Positions 23,985-36,159 of a DNA stretch of 64,000 bases are shown here, one piece after another. The notes beneath the pieces are model-generated. The model had not been told where the DNA came from. It saw only the letters and a program-made list of their open reading frames with translations, and made no database searches. Numbering within the stretch: the stretch's first letter is position 1; every line of letters starts with the position of its first letter. The DNA lies in contig CM026548.1 in NCBI GenBank assembly GCA_014905635.1, positions 806,001-870,000 on the forward strand. Reading direction: 5' to 3'. Source of the DNA: Scenedesmus sp. PABB004 (lineage: Eukaryota). Made by a program: the position numbers and the translations under genes.

Positions 23985-24504
23985 CCCTGCTGCTGCCCCT
24001 CCTGCTGCTGCTGCTCCTGCTGCTGCTGCGTCAGCGCCCTCCTCCAGCTGGCGAGCCAGCAGCACGTCCAGCGCCGCCGCGATCTGCGGGCCACAGCGCG
24101 GCGTGAGGGCAGGCCGCGCGGCAGCGCGCCGCGCAGCGCGCTGCGCCGCTCACCCGCTGGCTGGTCAGGTCCAGCTGCTCGCCGCCCGCGTCGCCCTCGC
24201 CGCCGCCGCCGGCTGCGGCGGCGCGCTGCGCGGCGCCGCTGCCACGCGGCGCCGACGCCGCCGCGCCCCTCCCCGACGCCGCGACCGCCGCACTGCGCCG
24301 CCGGGCGACGCTCTCTTGCTGCGGCGGCGGCGGCGCGGCGGGAGCGTGGGCGCCGGGGCGGCGGGCCTGCGCGCGAGCAGTGGGCGGTGGTGCCAGCCGC
24401 TGCCGCACCTCCTTGCGCGCCGCCTCCGCCACCTCCTCCGCGCTCACGGCGCAGGCCAGGAACCGCGACCGGTCTTCGTCGTCGCTGCTGCTGCTGTCGG
24501 CCAT
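23412..24504 (-). CDS. CUSTOS (C12orf43)-like protein, ~3 exons
   Basis: MADSSSSDDEDRSRFLACAVSAEEV...QLDLTSQR-IAAALDVLLARQLEE...DDNGGGVRLFRRVAPG...LLAALTVDGASLL follows my recollection of the CUSTOS motif order (SSSD-E..R..AAVS; A..L..LL; G.RLF). Confidence 0.6.
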
Positions 24505-24852
24505 CGCGCGCTGGTGCGGCGGCGGCAGCTGCTGCCGGCGCAGCAGCAGGTGAGGCGGAGCGAGTCTGGGCGGCCAGCGCGCAGAGCTGCTGCACGAGCC
24601 GCCGTCAACGACGACGACGCCCGCCGAGCTGCCGCCGCTGCTGCGTGGCGTGCTCCACGCCGCACCACGCACCACGCACAGGCCGCAGTCGAACAACGAG
24701 CACCGCGGGGGCAGCGGGCCAGCCACAGCAGCAGCGGGGGCTCGCGCGCCGCTGCCGCCGCCGCACGAGGGGGGCGCGCGGCGCCGATCGCTGCGCCACG
24801 CCTGCCCCCGCCGCGCCGACATCCCGGGGCCCGCCCCGGATGCGCGGCCGGC

Positions 24853-27800
24853 ATGGCGGCGGCAGTGCCAGCGATGGCGCAGCAGCTGCGCAGCCTGTGC
24901 GCGGGCGTCGGCAGCCTCTGCGGCCCCGGCGTGGCGCCGCAGGCCCGTGAGTGGCGCGCCGCGGGGTGCCGTCGGCGCAGGGCGCTCCCAGCGCCCGCGG
25001 CGCGAGCAGCAGCGCCGCGCGCGGGCCCCCTCAACAATTGCCGCCGCTGCTGCCACCCCCGCCGCAGTCACGCCGCACATCCACCCGCCGGGCTCCGGCG
25101 CGGCGGTGTGCCAGCTTGACGCCGACGGCGAGAGCAGCGCCGGCGCCGGCGACGGCGACGACGGCACGCAGCAGCGGCCGCCGGAACTCGCGCAGCTGCT
25201 GAGCGCGAACCAGCAGCTGCTGGTGACGCTGCTGCTGGACGACTGGCGGGAGCAGCAGCAGCAGCAGGAGCTGCAGCAGCAGCGGCAGCAGCAGCAGCCG
25301 CAGGTGCAGCCGCAGGTGGAGCAGCAGGCGGAGCAGCAGGCGCAGGGACTCGCGGCGCCCGACGCCGACACCGCCGCCGCGGCGGGCGCCAGCGGCGGCA
25401 GCGACTGCGGGCGCGGGGGCGGCGCGCCCGGCGCGCCGGCCGGCAGCAGGTGGATGCACGCGGGGCTGCAGCAGTTTCTTTACGAGCTGGAGCGCGGGCC
25501 CTGGACCGGCGCGGCGGCGGCAAAGGCGGCGCCGGCGGAGCCGCAGCACGAGCCGCGCCGCGCCGCCGCCGGCGCCGCGCTGCCCCCGGCGCCCGGCTCC
25601 GACTGGCTGGACCGCGGCGGCGGGCTGCTCGACTGGCTGCGCGCCGCCCACCCCGCGGCGGCGCTGGCGGTGGACGGCGCGGTGGTCGGGCGGGCGCGCC
25701 CGGGCGCGTCCGAGGCCGGCAGCGGCGGCGGCGAGCCAGAGGGCGCGGCGCGCTTCCTGGCGCGCTGCGGCGCCGGCCGCAGCGCCCACCCCAACCTGCA
25801 GCCGGTGCTGCTGCTGGCGACGCGCAGCACCGACGCAGGCGCCGGCGACGGCGCGCGCTGCGCGGTCGTGAGCCCGCACGTCGCCGCCGACGCGCGCTCG
25901 CTGCTGCGCTTTGCGCCCGCCAGCCTCGGCGGCGACTGGCACCTCCGCTTCCTGCTGCACCAGCTGCTCTCCGCGCTCGCGTCGCTTCACGCCCAGGGCC
26001 TCGCGCTGGGCGGGCTGTCCAGCGAGCAGCTCGCGCTCGTTGCGCCGGGCTGGCTGCAGCTGCTCGCCACGCCCGCGGGCGCGCTCGCGCCGCGCGGCGG
26101 CGCCGCGCCCGGCGCCGCGCCCGGCGGCCGGCGGCCCGCCGCGGCGCTTGCGCTCGTCCGCGAGCCGGGCTACAGCCTGTCGCAGCTCACCGAGCTGTGG
26201 CGGCGGCGGGGGATCTCAAACTTTGAGTACCTGCTGTGGCTCAACGCCGCGGCGGGGCGGTGCTGGGGCGACCGCCGGCGCCACCCGCTGGTGCCGTGGG
26301 TCATCGACTTCAGCGCCCGGCCAGGTGCGGCGGGAGGAGCGCGCGGGGCGCGCAGCGGGGGCGCACAGCGGGGGCGGCGGCGGCGCGCCGCCGCGCCGCC
26401 GCGCGCGCGCGGCGCCGACGGCGTGCGCGGCCCGCGGCGGCCGCCGCGCGCAGACCTCGACGCGCGCGCCGGCGCCGGCGGCGCGCCGCCGCCCGGCTGG
26501 CGTGACCTGGGGTTCAGCCAGTACCGCCGGGCCAAGGGCGACGCGCAGCTCGACCAGACGTACGCGATGTCGGGCGCCGCGGCGGCCGCGGCGGCCGACG
26601 CGGCGGGCGAGCCGGCGGCCGCCGGCGCCGCGTCCGCGTCGTGGGACCCCTGGGCGCCGCCGCGCGGCTGGGGCGGCGCCGCGGCGGGCGCGGCGCCCGC
26701 GCCGGCGCCGGTGCAGGCGCACCACGTGAGCAACGAGCCGCTGAGCGAGCTGTCGTTTGCGATCTACGCCGCGCGCCGCCTGCCGGTCGCGCTGCTCGTG
26801 CGCCTCGTGCGGCGCAGCTTCCGGCCCGCCGAGTACCCGAGCAGCCTGGAGGCTCTCTACCTCTCCAGCCCCGACGAGGCGCTGCCGCAGTTTTACTGCG
26901 ACCCCCGGGTGCGTGCGGCGTGCGCGCGCGGCGCGCACGCAGGCGGCGCGGCGGGGAGCGCCCAGCGGGCGGCGCCGCCGCCGCGCGAGCGCCCGCCGCC
27001 GCGCGAGCGCCCGCCGCCACGCCGCGCCGCGCCGCGCCGCGCCGCGCGTCAGGTGTTTGTCTCGCGGCACGCCGGCATGACCGACCTGGCCGTGCCGGCG
27101 TGGGCGGGCGGGCCCGACGCGTTTGTCGCGCTGCACAGGTCCGGCGCGGCGGCTGCGGCCCCGCCGGCGCGGCGGCTGCGGCGCCGCCGCGCGCGCGCGC
27201 GCCCGAGCCGCCGCGCCCCGCGCCGCGCGCCGCAGGGCCGCGCTCGAGAGCGAGTACGTGTCGGCCAACCTGCACAAGTGGATCGACCTCACGTTTGGCG
27301 TCGCGCTCTCCGGCGCGGCCGGGCTGGCAGCCAAGAACATCCACCTGCCCGCCGGCGCCGGCGCGGGCGCGGGCGGCGGCGCCGGTGCCGGCGCGGCGAA
27401 CGCAGCAGCGGCAGGCGGCGGCGCCGCGGCCGAGCCGCCCACGCACGGCGTGTGGCAGCTGTTTGTGGCGCCGCACCCGCCGCGCGCCACGGCCGGCGAC
27501 GGTGGCCAGCAGCAGCTGCGACCCGCGCCGGTCGGGGGCGGCGGCGCCGAGGGGGCCGGCGACTTCCTGCAGCCAGAGGCAGAGGTGCCGCCGCCGCCGA
27601 CGCCGGGGCAGCTGGCACTGTGCTGGTCCGAGCTGTCCAGCCTCGAGGCGGCGGCCGCGGCCGGCTGCTGGAGTCCGGAGCGAACAGCGGCCCCCAGCGC
27701 GGCCGCCGGGGCCGCGGCGCAGCAGGCCAGCAGCGGCGGCGCCGCCGCCGCCCCTGCCCCTGCCTGCAAGCCGCTGCCGGCGTTTGCTGCCGACCTCGCC

Positions 27801-30659
27801 GCCGTGGGCGTCATCGCGGTGCAGCTCTATCGCGGCCTGCAGGCGCCGGGCGAGGACCTGGCGCTGGGCCGGGCGGCCGGCGCGCAGGCGGCGGAGCGGG
27901 CGCTCGCGGGCGCCGCCGGCGGCGCCCGCGCGCTCGCCGGCCTCGGCGCGCCGCGCGTGCCCGCGGCGGCGTCGCTCTTTGCGCGCCAGTGCGCCGCGGG
28001 GCAGCTCTCGGCGCAGGGCCTGCTGCGCAGCGCGTTCTTTCCGCCCTGGATGGAGGCGGCGCGGGACTTCATGCTGCGCCTGCTGTTCGCGCGGCACGCC
28101 CCCGGCGACGCCGGCGGCGCCGGCGATGGCGGCGCGGCCAGCTGGAGCGTGCGGGGCAACGCCTTTGCAGCGCTCGCGGAGCTCGCGGCGCCCGGCGGCG
28201 CGCTGCAGCAGCTCGCGGCGACGCCCGAGGCGCTGCAGCTGTGCCTGCCGGCGGTGCTGCACGTCGCGCGGGGCGGGCTGCTCGGCGGCGCGGCGCAGCA
28301 GGGCGGCGAGCGGCGGAGCGGCGCAGATGTCGTCGACGCCGCCTGCGTCGTCGTGCTGCGCCTGGCGGCCGTGCTGCCGCCGCTGCAGTTACAGCGCCAC
28401 CTGGTGCCGCTGCTGGCCGACGTCCTCGCAGTCGAGCAGCGCGGCGCGGAGCAGCCCGGCGCGGCAGTGGGCGGCGACGCGCTCCCGAGCGGCGGGGACG
28501 AGGGCGCCGGCCAGCAGCGGGACGGCGAGCAGGGCGCGGGGGTGCTCAGCGCCGCGGCGCGCGCGGCGGCGGGCAGGCGCGCCGCGCTGCAGCCGGTGCT
28601 GTGGCAGCTGCTGTCGGTGAAGCTCCCGCAGGCGGCGCTGGTGTCGGCGCTGCTGCCGCCGCTGCTGGCGGCAGTGCTCGAGCCGCAGGCCGATGGCCTG
28701 CTGGCGCCGGGCACCACCGCCGCGGCTGGCAGCCCTGAGGAGCAGCTGCTGCTCCTGCGCCACCAGCACGCGAGCGCCGCCGACGGCCCGGGCGACGTGG
28801 GCAGCCGGCGCGGCGGCGTGCTCGCCTTGCTGCCCCGCGGCGCGCAAGCGGCGGCAGCGGAACAGGGGCCCGCGGTGGCGGCGGCGGCAGGCCGGCCGCG
28901 CGCGCGGCGCCACCAAGACCAGGAGATCCAGCTGCCGCTGCAGCACCACGGCCACCTGCCGCATGCCGAGGCGCAGCAGAGCCACGCCCCGCAGGCGCAG
29001 CTCGGCGCCGGCTGCCTGGCGGTGCTGGCGCAGGCGCTGCCGTTCCCTGTGGTGTGCCAGCAGCTGCTGCGCCCCTGCTGCTCGCGCTGCCGTGGGCGGG
29101 TGCTGGCGGCGGCGCGCTGGGCGGCGCGCCCAACGCAGCCGCGCAGGCGCTCCTGGCGCTGGCCGCGGTGCTGCCGCGGCAGCTGGCGGCGGAGTACGTC
29201 TTTGCCCCTGCGCTGAAGCTGGCGCTGGCGCCGCTGGCCGCGCATGGTGGCAGCGGCGGCAGCGCCGACCCGGCGCCGCGCGTCGCGCAGCACACCCTCG
29301 CGGCGCTGCCGGTGCTCGAGGGGCTGCTGGGCGAGGTGCTGCCAGCGCTCGCGCCCGCCGCGCTGCTGCCGCCTGGCAAGGCGGCGCCCACCGCCCCGGC
29401 GCCGAGCGCGGCCGGGCCTGCTCCCGCCAGCGCTGGCGCCGCCGGAGCTGCAGGAGTAGCCGCGCCGCCCGGCGACGGCGCTGGCAGCGCAGGCAGCGGC
29501 GCCCAAGCGCCGGCGGGCGCCGCCGCGCCGCCGCCGCTGCCGCCCCAGCAGCAGCAGCCGGCCGGGGGCGCCGGGGAGTGCCGGCTGCACCAGGTGGCGG
29601 AGCTGTGGCTGGCGCCGCCGGACGCGGCGGCGGTCGCGGACTGCCCGCTGCTGTACCCCCGACTCGCGGCGCTGCTGCTGGTGTCGCTCGAGGCAGCGGC
29701 CACGTCCGGCGCGGGGCGCAGCCACGCCAAGCTGCTCGGCGGCTGGCTGCTGCCGCAGGTGCTGCAGCCGCTGCTCTCGCCGGACGCGGCCGAGGCGTGG
29801 CAGGCGGGCGGCGCCGCGCAGCGGCGCTGCTACCACCGCGTCGTGCTGCTGCTGTACGCTGCCACCGCGCGTGAGCTGGGCCTGCGGCGCGTGCGCGAGG
29901 CGCTGCCGGCCTGGCACAGCATTGAGGTGCGCCGGAGGCGGGGGGGGGGGGGGGGGGGGGCGCCGTGCGTGGCGCACGCGCGTGCCACGGCGGCGGCGGC
30001 ACGATCACCCGCCGCCCGCCCGCCGCCGCGCCGCAGGTCTGGCTGTCGGCCGAGACGGGCTGGGAGCCGCAGCAGGGCGCGCAGCAACTGCCCGGCGCGC
30101 TGCCCGCCGGCCCGCTCAGCGGCGGCAGCAAGGCGGCGCCGCCCGCGCCAGAGCCGCACCCACTGCAGCTGCTCGCCGTGCTGGCGGAGCAGGAGCGAGC
30201 GGCGACGGCGGTGGCGATCGCCGCGGCGGCGGCTGCTGCCGGAGAGCCGGCTGCGCCCGCCGCGGCGGCCGACGGCGGTCGTGGCGGCAGCCGCGTCGGC
30301 GACGCCTGGCCGCTGCCGGGCAAGGCCGGCGCCGCCCCGGCCGGCTGGGAGCCGCCCGCCGCCATCGTCGGCGCGGCGCGCAGCCGGAGCGCCGGCAGCG
30401 AGCCCGACGGCGGCGGCGCGCCCGGCCCCGACGCGAGCAGCCTGTCCGGCCGTGTGAGCGACCTGCTGCAGCGCATTGCTGAGGAAAAGGTGGCCCGGCG
30501 CAGCCTCAGCACAACGCACGAGTTCCTGGAGGGCGTGGGCTGGAGCATGCCGCGCCCGGTCAGCGCCAGCGCGGCGCTCGGCGGCGGTGCCGGCACGCCC
30601 GGCACCGCAGAGGCGGCGCCACAGCAGCAGGAGGAACAGCAGCGGCAGCAACAGCAGCA

Positions 30660-30696
<37 letters not shown>

Positions 30697-33146
30697 CAGC
30701 AGGAGCAGCTCCAGCACATGCGGCGCGCGCTGTCGGCGCCGCTGGCGGCGGAGCCGCCGGACGGGGCGCTGGCCGCGGCGGCGCGGCCAGCGCCCGGCAG
30801 CGGCGACGGCGGTGGCGCGCAGCCGCTGGCGGCAGCGACAGCCAACGGCAGCGCAGCGCACGCGGCCAGCAACGGCGGCCCGCCGCCGCACGTGCAGCTG
30901 GAGCACGCGACCAGCGCAGAGGGCGGCAAGGCGCCAGCGAGCGTCGCTGCGGCGGCGCGCGCCCCCGACGCGTCGCCGCGCAGCCCTGGCCGCCGTGCAG
31001 ACAGCCCGCCGCCACAGGCGGCGGGCCGCAGCTGGGCGGCGGAGCTGAGCGAGCTGCGGCTGCTGCTGGACTCGCCCGCGCGGAGTGCGTGCCGCGCGCG
31101 CACGCGCCGGCCTCGCACCGCCAGCTCCGCGCCGCGCGCGCCCGCCCGCCGCTGACACCGCCGCCCGCGCGCACCGCACCGCAGCCGCTGACCGCGGGCC
31201 CTCCGCGGGGCGGGAGTGGTTTTGGCTGCTCCAAAACCCCCAGCTCGACCCGCACCACCTGCTGCCGCCCGACCCCGCCGCCGCCGCGGGCGCGGGGCGG
31301 CCCTGGCGCAGCGTCGCGGGCGCGTGGTGGGAGGAGGGCTGGAGCCTCGGCGCCGTCGCGCTGCACGCCTGGCCCGCGCACCGCGAGCGGCTGCGCGCGC
31401 TCGCCGTCGACCCGGGCGAGCGCTGGGTCGCGACCGCGGGGCGCGGCGTCGTGCGCGTGTGGGAGCTCGCGGACGCGGAGACCAAGGTGCAGTACGCCGG
31501 CCACCGCGGCGCGGGCGTGGCGCGGCTCGCGTTTGTGGGCTGCGGCAGCGGCGCCGTCGCGAGCCTCGACGTGACAGGGTCGATCCACGTGTGGAGCCGC
31601 GCGACGGGTGCGGCCGCGTCGCCGCGCGACGCCGCACGTCGCCGCGCGACGCCGCACGTCGCCGCGCGACGCACCGCGCTGGAGCGGCTCACGCCGCGCC
31701 GCGCGCCGGAGCCGCAGCCTCACGCCGCTGGCCGTGCCGCCGGCCGCCGTCGGCGCAGGCACGCAGCTGACCTGCTTTGTGCCGTCGGACGTGAGCGAGC
31801 CCGCGGCGGCCGCCGCGCCCTCGTGGCGGGCAGCGGCGGACCTCACAGCAGCCGGCGACGCGCCGGGCGCCGGCGGCGCGCAGCAGCCCAGCTCGAGCGG
31901 GCCCGCAGCAGAGCCGTCCGGCGCCGGCAGCAGCGCGGCGGCGGCGGCGGCGGCGCTGCAGCCCTTGGCGCTGGCGGGCGGCGGCGGCTTCTTGGACCGC
32001 GGCTGCAGCAGCAGCCGCGGCTGGCAGGCGCTCGCGGCGCTGCCCAGCAGCCGGCAGCTGACGGCGGCGGGCGGCCCCGACAAGGCCGCCGCCGGCGGCC
32101 GCGACGGCGCCGACGCGGCGGCCGCCGCCGGCGCGGCGGACGGCGTCGGCAGCGTGCTCGGTGCCGGCCCCGCCGCGCTGGCGCTGGGCGGGCTGCACCG
32201 CGGTTACACCACTCTCGCCGCGGTCGGCCCCGGCGGCGCCTTCTGCGACCGCCTCGGCGCGCTCGGCACCGCGAGCGCGGCGCCCGGCGCCGCGGCCGGC
32301 GCGGCGGGCCTGGCCGCCGCGAGCGACGCGCCCGGCAGCGCCGGCCTGCTGCTCGCCGGCACCGCGGACGGGCACGTGTGCTGCCTCGACCTCGACTGCG
32401 GGGCGCTCGTCGACGACATGGTCGCGGCGTGGGAGCCCGGCCGCCCCGCGGCGGCGTGGGTGGGCCACACCGCCGCGCCGGGCGGCTGGGACGACCCCAC
32501 CGCGTGCGTGATCAGCGCGGTCGCGACGGGCGGCGACGCCGGCGGCGCGCCGGGCCCGTGGCTCGCGGCCGGCAGCGGCAGCGGGCGCGTCGCGCTGCTC
32601 GACGCGCGCGCCGGCGCCGCGCTCGCGGGCTGGCAGGCGCACGGCGGCGGCGGCGTGGGCCAGCTGTCGGGGCTGCGCGGCGTGCAGCTGCTCAGCTGCG
32701 GGCACGACCGCCTGCTGAAGCTCTGGGACCTGCGCATGCTCCGCGCCGCGCCGCCAGCGGCGCACGGCGGCGTGTCGCCGCTCGCCGTGTTTGCCGGCAG
32801 CCGCGCCGACGGTATCGAGGGTTTTGCGGTCTACCAGGACGCCGCGCTCGTGCACGGCGGCGCGGGGCTGGGCCTCGCGCCGCTCGCGGGCGGCGCGCCG
32901 CCGCCGCCGGCCGGCGGCGCGACGGCCGCGCCCGGCTGGTCGTCGGCCGCGCCGCCGGCGCGGCAGGTGCGCATGACGGGCGTGCGCGGCGGCGCCGCGC
33001 GCGGGGGCGGCGGGCTCAGCGGTGCCCCCGGCGGCGGCGCCCCCGGCGGCGGCAAGGCGTCGGCCATCGTCGGGCTGGGGCTGCTCCCGCACAGCAAGCT
33101 GCTGGTGGTGGGCTCCGAGGACGGGCAGGTCAAGGTCTGCCGCTGA
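24853..33146 (+). CDS. WDR81/GFS12-type protein: pseudokinase-like region, BEACH domain, helical region and WD40 repeats, multi-exon
   Basis: BEACH: LTELWRRRGISNFEYLLWLNAAAGRCWGDRRRHPLVPWVIDFS, WRDL..S.YR.AKGDAQLDQTY, HHVSNEPLSELSFAIYAARR, EYPSSLE..PDEALPQFY.DP, HRAALESEYVSANLHKWIDLTFG; WD40 AHRERLRALAV, LLSCGHDRLLKLWDL, LLVVGSEDGQVKVCR*. Start codon inferred; one apparent frameshift ~29073. Confidence 0.9.
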
Positions 33147-33215
33147 CTGAACAGGGAGCGAGCGCGGCGGCGGGAGGGAGCGGGACGGGCGGCCGACCCG
33201 CCACGCAGTGCGCGC

Positions 33216-33220
33216 TGTAA
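33216..33220 (+). terminator. Chlorophyte poly(A) signal TGTAA
   Basis: tgtaa 70 nt after the BEACH gene stop. Confidence 0.65.
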
Positions 33221-33372
33221 CCTCGTGACACCCCGCGCGGCGTGCTCTGTTGCTCACACGGCTGCCGCGCCCTTGCTGGCGCCCTCGGATCCAAACCGCA
33301 GCGCGTGCCGCCACCACAACGGACCGGCGAGCCCGGCGCGTGCGCGCGAATGCGCCACGCCCTCGCGCGGCG

Positions 33373-35614
33373 TCACATCACGCAGCACTTGTCCTCCTGC
33401 GGCGGCTGCTGCGCGCTGCGCCGGCCGCCGGCGCCGCAGCCCTGGCCCTGGCCGCACGCCGCGCCTGAGCCTGAGCCGCGCCGCCCGCGCTGCTGCTGCT
33501 GCTGCTGCCCCGACTGCTGCCGCTGCGCGAAGTCCGCCGCCGCGCGGTCGACGCCGCTCACGAGCCGGCGGCCGACCTCGCGCACGCTCGACGCCAGCGA
33601 CTCGCCGAGCTGCGCCGCCTGCGAGCCCACGCCGCCGGGCTGCTGCTGCGCCGCCGCCGCCGCCGGCGCCGCCGCGCCGCCCGCGGCAGCCGCCTGCTGT
33701 TGCGCCGCGCGCTCGGCGCGCACACGCGCCGCCTCCTCCTCCTGCAGCTGCAGGTGCAGCGCCAGCGCAAAGTCGGCGTCCTCGCCCGGCAGCGCGCTGG
33801 CGCCGCCGGCGCCGCCGGCGCCGCCCAGCGCGTCGAGCCCGCCGCCGCCGCCGCCCTCCACCGCCGCGAGGCTCGCCGCGATCGCCGCGTCGAGGTCGGT
33901 CGCGGCGGCGCCGCCGCCGCCCGGCTCGGCGTGCGGCACAAACGGCACGAACGCGCCGGTGCAGAACGTGGTGTCGCCGTTGACGCTGTCGAGGCGCTCC
34001 CACACGACGTCGGCCTCGCACTCGTAGCCCTGGTCAGTCACCAGCAAGTACGCTCCGCCCTCGTACTTGAACAGCGTGGCAAAGTGGTTGTTCCTGGCGG
34101 GCGTGGGAAGGGCGGCGACAACAGCAGCAGGGCGGCGCAGGGCGGCGCAGGGCGTCGCGGAGCCCCGCCGCGCGCTGCGCGGGGGCGGCGCGCGCGCGGG
34201 CGGCCGGCGGCAGCGACGCGCGCGCGCCTCACCTGAAGAACACGGCGAGCTGGTGGTCCTTCAGGCTGTCCGTGACCGCGGCGAGGCCGTAGGGCGTGAG
34301 CTGGCTGCAGTGCCGCTCCATGAACGCACGCACCACGCGCGCCGCGTCGCCCGGCGGGGGCGCGCCGCGCCTCCCCGGCTGCTGCTGCTGCTGCTGCTGC
34401 TGCTGCGGCTGCTGCGGCGGCGGCGGCGCGCCGCCGCCGCTGCTGCTCCCGGCGCGCAGGCGCGACGGCCCGGCGCCCTCAAACGCGAGCCGCCGCGCGA
34501 GCGTCGCGCCGCGCGTGGGGCTGTCGCCGAGCTCGATTGCGCTCGGCGCGGCCTCGCCGCACAGCTGCTGCAGCACCTCCTCCACCAGCTCCTCGATCAC
34601 CCGCTCAGCCGCCGCCTCCACGCCCGCCGCGCCGCCGCCAGCGGCGTCGGCGCCGCCCCCGCCCGGCGGGGCCGCCAGCGGCGGCAGCGCCGGCGGCGCG
34701 CCGACCAGCGGCGGCGCCGACGGCGCGGGCGGCTGCGGCGACTGCTGCTCCAGCGGCTGCTCCAGCGGCTGCTCCAGCGGCTGCTCCAGCGGCTGCTCCT
34801 GCTGCTGCTGCTGCTCCAGCAGCGGCTGCTGCCGCGTCTGCTGCGCCGCGAGCGGCTGCTGCTCCTCCTGCGCGCCGCCGCCGCCGCCGCCGCGCGTGAG
34901 GCTCAGGCTGCGCAGCGGCCCCTCCGCGAGCGCGCGGACCTCCGCGTCGCCCAGCCCCGACAGCAGCAGCTCGGCGAGCTCGTTGTACGAGCGGTTGCCG
35001 ACGACGTCCGCCGTCGCGGCGTCGGCGGGGTCGACGAGCCAGCCGTGGACGAGGGGGATGCCGAGCAGGTCAAAGACAGCGACCTCCGGTGTCGGCTCAA
35101 ACGCGTGCGCGCTGTGGAACTTGACGTTCACGTCGATGCCTGCGCGCCGGCGCCAGGCGGTCGGCGGCGGGCCGCCCCCATGCGGGCGGCTGCTGCCAGC
35201 GCCGGCGCAGCTGGCGCCGGCGCCGGCGCCGCTGCCTCCGCGCGCCGCGCGCCGCGGCCTGCGTCACCGGCTCCCCCCTGCCGGGACACACCCCTCCCCC
35301 TCACCCGTGGTGAGCTTCTGGAGCACGGGGAAGACGTCGGCGACGTTTTGCGCCGCGTCCGCCGCGTACGCCGGCTCAAAGCTCTTGCTGCGCTCCAGGA
35401 GCAGGTCCACGATGGCCGTGATCAGCTCCGCCTGCGCGATCTGGCGGCTGCCCAACGGAAGCTTCAGCTCCCCGCGCAGGGAGAGCACGTTGGCGATGGC
35501 CAGCAGCGGGCAGGGGCCGTTCTCGTTCTGCAGTACGATGCGCGCCGAGCGGCCGCAGAAGGCGACCTTCTTTACAGCATACGAGGGCTGCTGCTGCTCT
35601 AACGGCGCCGCCAT
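33373..35614 (-). CDS. MINDY-1/2 (FAM63) family K48 deubiquitinase with UIM/MIU-like motifs and C-terminal CaaX, 3 exons
   Basis: QNENGPCPLLAIANVL (catalytic Cys), LTTGIDVNVKF, FDLLGIPLVHGWLVDP, SQLTPYGL, VFFRNNHFATL (catalytic His), LVTDQGY...VVWERL..VNGD; DADFALALHLQ; ends EDKCCVM*. Confidence 0.95.
34743..34800 (-). repeat. 12-nt tandem repeat encoding (EQPL)n in the MINDY insertion
   Basis: ctgctccagcgg repeated about 4-5 times. Confidence 0.8.
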
Positions 35615-35967
35615 TGCGCGAGCGGTTGCTGCTGCGCGGCCCGATGCTGCTGCCTCGCGGCCAGCGCGTGCTGGCGGCCCCCGGGTGCGCGTGTTGGGCG
35701 GGCCGGAACCGGGGCCGGCGTGTGGGTGCGGCGGAGCTGGCGGCGGGCGCTTCGGCTGGCCGCGGCGGCGGCGACTTTGCGCTCTAACGACGCGCGCCGC
35801 GCCGGCGACCTGAAGCGCCCGCTTTGCCTACTGACGCCATTGATCCACGCTTTCCGGCAGCCCGCCGCAGTCCCTGACTTTAGAGCGCTCACCCGACGCG
35901 CGCGCAGCAGCCGCCGCTCCGCGCTGCCGCTGCCCCGCAGCCGCCGCCGATCGCGCGCCGCCGCCGC

Positions 35968-36135
35968 ATGTCCGACGCGCCGGCGCCTCCGGGCCAGGCG
36001 GTCGCGGCGCTGGGAGCGTCCGACTTTGTGCTGCTCCTCCTCGCCGCGGTCGTGCTGCTGTTCGTGCTGCCGCGCCGGCTCGCGCGGCGCCTGCGCCGCG
36101 GCGGCGCCGCCGCCGCCGCGCCGACGCGCCGCTGA
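35968..36135 (+). CDS. 55-aa single-pass membrane microprotein (candidate upstream cistron)
   Basis: [55 protein letters not shown]: hydrophobic TM followed by a basic cluster; below the ORF-track length cut-off. Confidence 0.55.
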   Translation: MSDAPAPPGQAVAALGASDFVLLLLAAVVLLFVLPRRLARRLRRGGAAAAAPTRR

Positions 36136-36159
36136 GGCGCTGCCGCCACACGCCGCGCG

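Noticed and set aside
33373..33800. CaaX (CCVM) and MIU/UIM motifs on the MINDY enzyme as a novelty
   Set aside because: Ubiquitin-binding motifs and a C-terminal CaaX are already known for MINDY-1/2 family members.
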